The position numbers and the translations under genes were made by a program. The notes beneath the pieces were generated by a model. The model did no database searches and was not told the origin of the DNA. It saw nothing but the letters and a program-made list of their open reading frames with translations. A stretch of 64,000 bases of DNA from Alphaproteobacteria bacterium (GTDB taxonomy: Bacteria; Pseudomonadota; Alphaproteobacteria; RF32; CAG-239): NCBI GenBank assembly GCA_017484225.1, contig JAFUTN010000022.1, positions 2,168-66,167 of the forward strand, given 5' to 3'. Shown here piece after piece: positions 52,769 to 60,928 of the stretch (within the stretch, counting starts at the first letter, position 1; each line of letters starts with the position of its first letter).

Positions 52769-53608
52769 CTATTTCTTCTCAATCTCTGTCTTTTTGTCCT
52801 TCTTCGGCAGGTAGTTTTCATCGGTAACGACGGATTTGCCGGTTTCTTCTTCATATTTTTCTTTAGCAACTCGGGCAACATTACCACCACGACGAGCGGC
52901 CTTTTTATTTTCCGCCATTCCGGTTGCTCCCATATTTTCTGCCACCTGACGCGTTGAAAGTTCTGCCAAAGCAGTAAAGATAAGTTCTGCCTCGCTCATA
53001 TGGTCACGCAAATTTTGCAATTTCAGACCTTTAAGCTGTTTATGCTCTTTAACTGACAATCCCGACCATTCCTGATGGATAATGTTTGTTAAAATCGCAT
53101 ATTCCTCATCTTTGGTAATTTCGTGATCTTTCCAATAATCCGTCAACTTATTACGAGTTTCTTGCCCCATCATACGTTGCTGGATCCATTTTTCGGAATG
53201 TCCGAGTTTTTGCCAATTCTCGCGAGCACGATCAATACTCATAGCCGGATCAACCGTTTCTTTCATCCGCTCGTAGCCGACTCGGGCAAGCCATTGTTTA
53301 ATCGGTTCAGCTTTTGGACTCGGAACGGATTGAACAATACGCAACATTGTTTCAGCATCGGCAGCATCAGTTTCGCGCATTTTTCCGTCTGATGCCAACA
53401 TTTTCAACCGTACGATTTTTTCGTACGGTTGATCAGAATTAGCTTCTTTATTCAGTTTTCGCTTCAAATCCGACCAATAACGTTTCGGCTCGTTGCTCTC
53501 GCTTAAAATTGCAATTACATCAATTACCGAAAAGTACCAAATATCCTTTTCTTCATCATATACCGAACGGATTTTGCTTTGTTCAAATAACTTAATATCA
53601 TTTTTCAT
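52769..53608 (-). CDS. BRO-N domain protein (antirepressor-like)
   Basis: IRSVYDEEKDIWYFSVIDVIAIL...RYWSDLKRKL, PSPKAEPIKQWLA and NLRDHMSEAELIF motifs. Confidence 0.88.
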   Translation of the reverse strand: MKNDIKLFEQSKIRSVYDEEKDIWYFSVIDVIAILSESNEPKRYWSDLKRKLNKEANSDQPYEKIVRLKMLASDGKMRETDAADAETMLRIVQSVPSPKAEPIKQWLARVGYERMKETVDPAMSIDRARENWQKLGHSEKWIQQRMMGQETRNKLTDYWKDHEITKDEEYAILTNIIHQEWSGLSVKEHKQLKGLKLQNLRDHMSEAELIFTALAELSTRQVAENMGATGMAENKKAARRGGNVARVAKEKYEEETGKSVVTDENYLPKKDKKTEIEKK

Positions 53609-53733
53609 GCTTATTTCCTTAAGTTTTCTTTATTCAATTTTACAAGTTTTGCTATAAGAATCAAGGAAACCTTAGGACTCATAAACTAAAAAATCGCAAT
53701 AACCGCTCAAATTCAGAGATAGCAAAATGCTAT

Positions 53734-54231
53734 TTATTTCTTTCGGACTAATTTGCAGTAAACTTGTGACAACAATTCAGCATCAAGCAAAGCTCCATGA
53801 ACATCTCTTTTGTTGGTATTAATGCCAAACCTTTCACATAACGCATCCAAATTACACCGCATGTTAGGAAACGCAGCTTTTGCCAGTTTCAGGGTATCTG
53901 TCATTTTATTTGTCAATTCAAAACCTAACTCGTGATTTAAGAAACTTAAATCAAAGGATATGTTATGTGCAATTAATTCTTTACCATCAATAAACTTTAG
54001 AAAATCATCCTTTATTTCATCAAAAGTCGGAAAATCTTTTAAGTAGTCCGTCGTTAAACCATGTATTTGCACAACCTCATCAGGTACAATTTGTTCCGGA
54101 TTGATATAAGTATGAAAGACGGCTCCGGTCGGTTGATTATTTTCATCAATTTCAATAGCGCCTATTTCAACCAATTTACAATTTTTAGGATCAAATCCCG
54201 TGGTTTCGGTATCAAAAATGACTTTATTCAT
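53734..54231 (-). CDS. DnaQ-like DEDDh 3'-5' exonuclease, catalytic domain only, intact motifs
   Basis: ExoI FDTETTG, ExoII HNISFD, ExoIII HGALLD; 165 aa with no epsilon C-terminal tail. Confidence 0.92.
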   Translation of the reverse strand: MNKVIFDTETTGFDPKNCKLVEIGAIEIDENNQPTGAVFHTYINPEQIVPDEVVQIHGLTTDYLKDFPTFDEIKDDFLKFIDGKELIAHNISFDLSFLNHELGFELTNKMTDTLKLAKAAFPNMRCNLDALCERFGINTNKRDVHGALLDAELLSQVYCKLVRKK

Positions 54232-54271
54232 ATATGCCTCCTATTAAATTATATTAATTATAAAAGACATA

Positions 54272-54290
54272 TCCGACAGATTCGGTCGCA
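54272..54290 (-). promoter_or_regulatory. 19-bp operator-like box A
   Basis: TGCGACCGAATCTGTCGGA, followed 9 nt later by TATAAT; 40 nt from the exonuclease ATG. Confidence 0.7.
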
Positions 54291-54311
54291 ATAAAACAAT
54301 ATACACAGAAA

Positions 54312-54503
54312 TTATTTCAAAGCATCCACGACTTTAATAAGTGTTGAAATTTGGTCATCTGATAATTTTTTAATACTGGAAATCAGTGCAGTTGCTTCAA
54401 CTAAAATATTACAACGCTCTGCTAAAACTTCCTGCGTTATCTTTGCTTTTTGACGTATAGCTTTTATTTTTAACCCGATTTTATGCTTCATGTTTCGCTC
54501 CAT
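54312..54503 (-). pseudogene. internally deleted XRE-family HTH remnant
   Basis: IGLKIKAIRQKAKITQEVLAERCNI start, but the recognition-helix region is missing. Confidence 0.55.
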
Positions 54504-54590
54504 TTATAGAAGTTAAACTTAAAGCTTTAGCTTGAAAATGAAGCAAAACTTTTATAATACTATTGTAAATACAAGTTTCACTTAATAAGA

Positions 54591-54609
54591 TGCGACCGAA
54601 TATGTCGCA
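54591..54609 (+). promoter_or_regulatory. 19-bp palindromic operator-like box B
   Basis: TGCGAC-CGAATAT-GTCGCA, extendable to GATGCGAC-N7-GTCGCATC; 46 nt from the nuclease ATG. Confidence 0.75.
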
Positions 54610-54655
54610 TCAGCATGTTAAATAGAAGTTAATATTCAATTTTAGGAGAAAATTT

Positions 54656-55561
54656 ATGACCAGAGCTTTAGATGAAAAATTTTTCAAACAATTTATAAAA
54701 GACGGCGAATATTATAATATTACATGCCTTATTAGAGATGATAGCAATTTAATGATGTGTTTACGTGGCAGTTACGTTACAATTTATTACAAAAGCCTGC
54801 AAATTTTAAGAATTAACAAAAACGGAACATTTGAAGTTGATAAAAATTATGGTATCAATCCAAATGACTATAAAGGTAATTGGGGTTTATATTTTAAGGA
54901 TGCAAAAAAAGCCATAGATAGCCACAGTCAAATTGAAAAGTTAGAAAAAGAAGTTCAACAAGCATTAGTTAAAGAAAACAATTGCAACTCTATTTGTAAC
55001 GAAACAGATTATTTTATTTTAGACATTGAATACACTCAAAGTGAATTTGATGGACGTTTTGATGCATTAGCGGTTTATTGGCCCAAAAACAAACGAAAAA
55101 ATGGCTCAAACCTCCGTTTAGCATTTGTTGAAGTAAAAGCTGGAGGAAAAGCCATTTCTGGAACAGCAGGCGTATCTGCACACTACGAATCTGTTATCAA
55201 ATTTATGGGTAATCTGAAAAAAGATAATAATAAAGAAATTTTTTTCAAAGATTTGGAAGATGTTATAGATCAACAACGTCAACTCGGTTTATGGAAATAT
55301 GAAAACCCACACAAAATAACTTTTTCGCGCACAGAAAAACCACAACTCATCTTTGTCTTGGTTAATTATAATCCGAATTCTAAACTCATAAATGATGAAA
55401 TTAAAAACATTGGTGAGCTTGTTGAAAAATATAAAAATGAGATACCTTTTGAAACTCTTTTTGCAACATCATCGTTTATGGGATATGGCTTATATGACAG
55501 CTGTATGATGTCCTTAGAATATGTACAAAAAAGATTATGCAGAGGCAATCATGAAGGCTAG
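54656..55561 (+). CDS. predicted PD-(D/E)XK nuclease
   Basis: ILDIEY...GRFDALAV...LAFVEVK pattern. Confidence 0.7.
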   Translation: MTRALDEKFFKQFIKDGEYYNITCLIRDDSNLMMCLRGSYVTIYYKSLQILRINKNGTFEVDKNYGINPNDYKGNWGLYFKDAKKAIDSHSQIEKLEKEVQQALVKENNCNSICNETDYFILDIEYTQSEFDGRFDALAVYWPKNKRKNGSNLRLAFVEVKAGGKAISGTAGVSAHYESVIKFMGNLKKDNNKEIFFKDLEDVIDQQRQLGLWKYENPHKITFSRTEKPQLIFVLVNYNPNSKLINDEIKNIGELVEKYKNEIPFETLFATSSFMGYGLYDSCMMSLEYVQKRLCRGNHEG

Positions 55562-56747
55562 TATTAAAAGAGGGGCAAATCAAATCGGCGGATCGACCGT
55601 GGAATTAACCGCCAACTCCGGTGAGCGTTTGATTATTGATTTAGGACTACCTCTGGATGCCGAAGAAAACACCGCAGATTTATTACCCGATATTAAGGGA
55701 CTAAAAAATAAAACCGATGATTTGCTGGGGATTCTTATTTCTCACCCTCATCAAGACCACTATGGCTTGGGTTTGCACATTGATAACAGCATCCCGATTT
55801 ATATGAGCAAAGCAACGGCCGATATTATGGATGTATGCGTTAAGCACAATCTTCCCAATGCCTTTGCTTTCGGTAATATACATATTTTTGATGATAAATC
55901 TTCTTTTTCCATCGGTCCGTTTACCGTAACACCATATCCGGTTGACCATTCCGCATACGGAGCATACGCCTTTTTGATAGAGGCCGACGGTAAACGCTTG
56001 TTTTACAGCGGGGACTTTCGTGCCCATGGGCGCAAGGGCAAATTATTTGACGGTTTTATCAAAAATCATCCCAAAGATATTGATGTTTTGATGATGGAGG
56101 GATCTTGCCTTGGTCGTGAACAGTCAACAAAATATCCGTCTGAAACATCTCTTGAAACAGAATTTGAAAAGGTCTTTAAGGAAACCAAAGGTGTAGCCTT
56201 TATTCAAAGTTCCTCACAAAATATTGACCGTATCGTTACCATTTACAGGGCAGCAAAGAAAAGCGGCAGGACCTTAGTCATAAGCGGTTATACAGGGCAC
56301 GTCTTAATGGTGCTAAATAACGAGCATTTACCGAGTTTCAAATGGCCGGACGTTAAAAAGTTTGCAACGGACACTACGGCACCGCATCATATAACCAAAG
56401 AGGTAATAGAACAAAATCCGTCTAAATATGTGATTGTGTTCGGCGGAATGATTTTCAATATCTTAAAAAGCAGTTCGCTTGTTAACGAAAATGCTTCCTT
56501 TATCTATTCTATGTGGGACGGCTACAAAGAGCTGTATCAAGAACGCTTAGATTTAATGAAAGAAAAAAATGTGCCGATGTATAATATTCATACTTCCGGC
56601 CACGCGGATATCCCGACATTGCAAAAATTTGCTTTGGCCATAAATCCTAAAAAAATTGTACCGATACATACTTTCTTTCCCGAGCAATTTAAGGAACTGT
56701 TCAACAACGTAGAATTGCATAATGATAACGAAACTTTTGAAATTTAG
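55551..56747 (+). CDS. MBL-fold beta-CASP ribonuclease (RNase J-like)
   Basis: QIGG, HPHQDH, VDHS, SGDFR, MMEG, HTSGHAD and VPIHT motifs; ATG 55551 overlaps the upstream stop by 11 nt. Confidence 0.9.
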   Translation: MKASIKRGANQIGGSTVELTANSGERLIIDLGLPLDAEENTADLLPDIKGLKNKTDDLLGILISHPHQDHYGLGLHIDNSIPIYMSKATADIMDVCVKHNLPNAFAFGNIHIFDDKSSFSIGPFTVTPYPVDHSAYGAYAFLIEADGKRLFYSGDFRAHGRKGKLFDGFIKNHPKDIDVLMMEGSCLGREQSTKYPSETSLETEFEKVFKETKGVAFIQSSSQNIDRIVTIYRAAKKSGRTLVISGYTGHVLMVLNNEHLPSFKWPDVKKFATDTTAPHHITKEVIEQNPSKYVIVFGGMIFNILKSSSLVNENASFIYSMWDGYKELYQERLDLMKEKNVPMYNIHTSGHADIPTLQKFALAINPKKIVPIHTFFPEQFKELFNNVELHNDNETFEI

Positions 56748-56755
56748 GATGTAAT

Positions 56756-57745
56756 ATGCCAGTAAATCATTCCGCCAGACTTGAAAAAGTAGAAAATATA
56801 ATCAGGCTTATCAATCGTATGGCAGGTTCTACCGAAGGTGTAAGCATTAATGACATTATGGTAGAATATAAAGTCTGTCGCCGTACTGCCGAAAGAATGA
56901 TGAATATTATCAGGGCGCTTTATCCAGCACAACTGGAAGAAGTCGATAACGGAGAAAACTATAAATCATATCGTTTGCAAGAGCTTTATCGCCAGGGACC
57001 GATAAAATTAGCGCCTGAAGAAATTTCCTGTCTATCTCAAGCAATAAAATTAGCTCATCGGGGAAAAAGAGAGGAATTAGCTGATGAATTACAGCACCTA
57101 GAATACCGCATAAAATCATTTTGCAAGGAAAAAGACAAGTATAACGTTGAAAATATAGCGGAAATGGAAGATATAAGCATGTCTGCCGGTCCAAAATATA
57201 TAATCAATCAAGAAATTTTAGCAGACCTTCGCAATGCCATCACAAATTGAAATGAAGTAATTATAACCTATAAACTGCGCGCAAATGGCGAAACTAAGCA
57301 CTTTCGGATACAACCTTATGGTATTTTATATGGCTCCAGACCTTATTTAGTAGCTTATTATGAGACAGATAAAGATTACCGTTATTTTTGTCTTTCTAAT
57401 ATTATTGCCATAGAGCTAACCGATATCAAATTCAGCCGCAATGAAAAATTTTCTCTGCAAAAATATGCAGAGCAGTCTTTCGGCAGTTTTCAGGAAAAAC
57501 CTTACAATGTTATTTGGAAAGTCAACAAAAACCGAGCAGATGATGCGGAACATTATTTATTTCATCCGACTCAAACTATAGAAAAGCAAAAAGACGGCAG
57601 TTTAATTGTTCGTTTCACCGCCGGTGGCTTAAAAGAAATGTGCTGGCATCTCTTTACTTGGGAGGGAGATATTGAGATACTGGAGCCGCAAGTATTAAAG
57701 GAAATGATGTGCGATTTGCTAAACAAAGCAAAAAATATGCTATAA
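56756..57745 (+). pseudogene. HTH-WYL-WCX transcriptional regulator interrupted by one in-frame TGA (57248-57250)
   Basis: The same frame continues after the TGA as NEVIITYK...QPYGILYGSRPYLVAY...FHPTQ...GGLKEMCWHLFTWEG to TAA 57745 (330 codons including stops). Confidence 0.9.
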
Positions 57746-58231
57746 TGAATTTAGTTTAGCGTAAAGTTGCACACACATGTCACACTCTTCTTCCTTAAAA
57801 TTGAAAAAATCAGAATCTTTTAATTTAAACACATGCATCAGATGAGTAACATAATTTTCTCTTAAATTTGCTTTTTTATTTACCCAACTCTTCAAATCAA
57901 TAAAATGATTAGACAGCGGTTGTTCCAACTCTCGTTCCAATACTGCTTGGGTAGATAGCGCATCATAACAAACAATTTCTTTATTGCCGATAAAAGCTAA
58001 AAAATCTTCCTTTATTTCGGATATCGTTCTTGATTCATTGATTTCATCTGCCGTGAGTCCATAAAATAATTCTATAGAATCAGGCAATTCCGCTTGCGGA
58101 TTAATAGGCGTATAAAATCGTTTGCCGGTTAAGTGTCCTGGTTCATTAAATTCCGCCGCATGGAGAGATAAAATCTTACCTTGAGTAATATTTTTACCGG
58201 TTGTTTTAATAACTAATGCAATTTCACTCAT
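57740..58231 (-). CDS. DnaQ-like exonuclease-fold protein, catalytic residues lost
   Basis: Aligns with 53734-54231 (TTG...INP...GLT...FL.FI...E.V), but ExoI DTE reads VIK and there is no ExoIII H..D. Confidence 0.75.
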   Translation of the reverse strand: MSEIALVIKTTGKNITQGKILSLHAAEFNEPGHLTGKRFYTPINPQAELPDSIELFYGLTADEINESRTISEIKEDFLAFIGNKEIVCYDALSTQAVLERELEQPLSNHFIDLKSWVNKKANLRENYVTHLMHVFKLKDSDFFNFKEEECDMCVQLYAKLNSL

Positions 58232-58233
58232 GG

Positions 58234-58737
58234 TTATTTCTCCTTTATTGTTAATTCTTTATACATTTTTGCCATCATATGACATCTTGAAAGAGGTCTT
58301 AGGTGCCACATTGTATCAATACCTTTGATATCAAACCTATTTAACAAATCAAAAAATGAAGGAGCTTTAACGTTTGGATTTTTATTTGCCAGCTCAGAAA
58401 TAATCGTTGTTTCATTAGGTAAAGCAAATCCTAACGCCATATATATAAAATTAAGGCTTTGTGCTTCATCAAAAACAACGAGTTCTTTATTCTCTAAAAA
58501 GCAAAGGAAGTTGTTTTCTAATTTGGAGAAAGTCGGCTTATCTTTAACAGTGGCCTGCGTAATACCGGTAATTGTTGAAATTTGTCGCGGTATACGACAT
58601 TGAGGATTAATCAACGAGCAAAACACATTTCCGGTAAGACGGCAATATTCATCTATTTCAATGGCCGAAAGTGATATGATTTTATCTTTTTCAAAATTTT
58701 TCCCTGTTGTTTCAATGTCTATAACAATCTTTCGCAT
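58234..58737 (-). CDS. DnaQ-like exonuclease-fold protein, partly degenerate
   Basis: ExoI IDIETTG retained; HN..FD and H.A..D replaced. Confidence 0.8.
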   Translation of the reverse strand: MRKIVIDIETTGKNFEKDKIISLSAIEIDEYCRLTGNVFCSLINPQCRIPRQISTITGITQATVKDKPTFSKLENNFLCFLENKELVVFDEAQSLNFIYMALGFALPNETTIISELANKNPNVKAPSFFDLLNRFDIKGIDTMWHLRPLSRCHMMAKMYKELTIKEK

Positions 58738-58781
58738 AACTTCTCCTTTTTTGATATATATATCTGGCTATAAAGCAGTGC

Positions 58782-58800
58782 AATGACTGTTTTGGTCGCT
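58782..58800 (-). promoter_or_regulatory. degenerate 19-bp operator-like box C
   Basis: AGCGACCAAAACAGTCATT, followed 9 nt later by TATAGC; 44 nt from the ATG. Confidence 0.5.
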
Positions 58801-58955
58801 AAACTTAAAAATATACATAAAAATATACATATAAGACTTAAAAACACGTCGAGAAAGGAGGTAATAACAGTAAAGTTCAGACAACAAAAAAGAGATAAAG
58901 AAACATAATTTTCTTATCTCCGAAGAAGTGCTAATATAGCACTCTGAACAAGCTA

Positions 58956-59474
58956 ATGGGCGAGTATGCTAATCTGAAATCATTAAAAGCATACACAAAC
59001 AATGCAAAAACGCATAATGAAAAACAGCTGCAAGCACTTGCCGCATCTATCAGACAATTTGGCTTTAACAATCCGGTCTTGATTGATGAAAATAATGAAA
59101 TTATTGCCGAAGCAGAGGAAAATTGGACGATATATGATCCGATTATCGGTACAAACCGCAAAATCATACGTCATATAGGAGATTTACTACATCCGGTGCG
59201 AGAAAATAGAGAAACAGTCTTGGAATTGCAACAATCTCTCGGTGAATTCGCATTTGCCGGACAATATCAACAAAATCCGGCTCCAATCAGCGGTGGCATC
59301 GTAAAAAAAGAATGGTTACATTACTACAATGAAGTACCAAATTTGCAAAAGATCGTTCTTTCTTGGGATACTGCCGGAAAAGAAGGAAGCAACAATGCCT
59401 ATTCGGCCTGTATTGTTGTGGGAACCGAATATGACAAAAGTATCCAGAATGCAAGGAACATCCCTTTTAATTGA
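58956..59474 (+). pseudogene. deletion chimera: ParB-like N-terminus fused to a terminase large-subunit fragment
   Basis: LKAYTNNAKTH...IRQFGFNNPVLIDENNEIIA, then LHPVRE...FAGQYQQNP...SWDTAGK...YSAC. Confidence 0.75.
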
Positions 59475-59709
59475 ACAAGGAAAATTGTTGTTTGCCTTTG
59501 CCTACGCATGGCGATATAAAAAACTTTACGAAAGCGGAATGCCAACCGATGACATTGCCAAACAGGAACATATCTCTAAGCGCACAATTTATAAATACTT
59601 AAATCTTGCCTACCTCTCACCCAAACTTGTTAACCAACTCCTTGATGGAACAATGAGTATTTCCCTGCAGAAATTGTTTGAGATGTCGGCTAAACGTGAT
59701 CAGCTTTAA
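59440..59709 (+). pseudogene. C-terminal fragment of a recombinase-associated phage protein (copy 2)
   Basis: LLFAFAYAWRYKKLYESG...YLNLAYLSPKLVNQLLDG. Confidence 0.7.
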
Positions 59710-59718
59710 GGAAAAACA

Positions 59719-60741
59719 TTACTTTTTTAAATTATTCTGGATTAAAAATAACTTAGTTCTAGCATCATTCACTAAATCTGCAAGTTCACTTTCTCCGACA
59801 TTAACATTATTTTCACATAAAATTGGAAACAAAATTCCTTTAACTCTAGGATTCTTATTGTAAAATGTTTTTAGTCCTTGTAATGACTTAACAATACTAT
59901 CTTTAGCATTTGTACTTGATATATATTTGGCCTCAATTAAAAAATTATTAAAAGATAAATCTGCTACTTTTTTATTTCCATCAATTACTATTATTGCATC
60001 TTGATCTTTTAAAATACTTATAGATGGTATCCAAGGTCTCAAAATGCAGTATATCAAATTTTGAAAATCGTACTCATTTTCAATCTTAATAGTACTTTCA
60101 TTAAAATTTTTAGCTTTTCCTGCTGAGTGAAAAGTACTAAAAAAGGTTTTTTCAAATGGTACTTTGATTATTTTGGCGATTTTTTCTAAAATGGCCGTAT
60201 TCTCTGCTCCCAATAAAGTATTTGGAATATCATAATCTGAACAGTACTTATCAATACATTTTAAATGATTTTTTATACTTGATATTTCGGGCATGGCAGA
60301 CCCCAAAAATATCGCATCGTTATAAACCGCTATGTTCTTAAAATCATTAATATCTTTTGTAAACTTTTTAGACACACCATCCCAAAGAAGCACTGCTTGT
60401 AACTGTTTAACAATATTTTTTTTCCTAAAAATGCCATTAGGTCGAATATTAATATAACCTCCTGTTTTAATACTTTTGGCAAAAGAATTTATTGATTTTG
60501 TTTCAAAAATATCTAAAGGATTGTTGGTATCCTCAACATATTCAGCTTTAGTTGATAAAACTGTTGAAATTTCAGAAACAACAAGGATATCAATATCTGA
60601 GGAACGCGAATCTGTTTTAAATGCTCTAGAGCCAAATATATAAATTTTATTGATTTGAGGTGCAATTTTAATTATTTTATTTATTTCTTCTTCCAAATCA
60701 ATAAGTTTAATATTGCCTAATTTATTGATAGTTCTATTCAT
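59719..60741 (-). CDS. nucleotidyltransferase (MNT/Pol-beta type) fused to a DpnII/MboI-like PD-(D/E)XK nuclease domain
   Basis: IYIFGSRA...SDIDILV N-terminus; NEYDFQNLIYCILRP...ADL...IEAK C-terminus. Confidence 0.72.
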   Translation of the reverse strand: MNRTINKLGNIKLIDLEEEINKIIKIAPQINKIYIFGSRAFKTDSRSSDIDILVVSEISTVLSTKAEYVEDTNNPLDIFETKSINSFAKSIKTGGYINIRPNGIFRKKNIVKQLQAVLLWDGVSKKFTKDINDFKNIAVYNDAIFLGSAMPEISSIKNHLKCIDKYCSDYDIPNTLLGAENTAILEKIAKIIKVPFEKTFFSTFHSAGKAKNFNESTIKIENEYDFQNLIYCILRPWIPSISILKDQDAIIVIDGNKKVADLSFNNFLIEAKYISSTNAKDSIVKSLQGLKTFYNKNPRVKGILFPILCENNVNVGESELADLVNDARTKLFLIQNNLKK

Positions 60742-60763
60742 AATATCGCTTTCCTCTCTCTAT

Positions 60764-60907
60764 TGACTCGTCAAAATTCTCCAAAGTATGTAACTGCCGG
60801 AAATTTTGCGTTTTTGCTGTTAACAGGAGCTTACCATAGTCACTTTTGGCTTGTCAACCCCCGTAGAAGCCCCGAAACACCGCGTATACAAAAAAAGACA
60901 CCACAAT
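60764..60907 (-). repeat. 144-bp promoter cassette, copy 2
   Basis: TTGACA-N18-TAAGCT on the minus strand; near-identical to 52588-52731. Confidence 0.9.
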
Positions 60908-60928
60908 TTGGTGTCTTTTCAATTAAAA

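Noticed and set aside
53734-54231. Calling this gene the replicative dnaQ (Pol III epsilon)
   Set aside because: It lacks the C-terminal alpha-binding tail and sits in an island with its own operator box; gene symbol withheld.
57248-57250. TGA as Trp (alternative genetic code) or selenocysteine
   Set aside because: Trp is encoded by TGG elsewhere, TGA terminates other genes, prfB is present, and I see no SECIS-like hairpin directly after the codon.
52588-60907. Integron cassette array
   Set aside because: The 144-bp repeat is a promoter-bearing upstream segment without attC-type inverted core boxes, and no intI is present.
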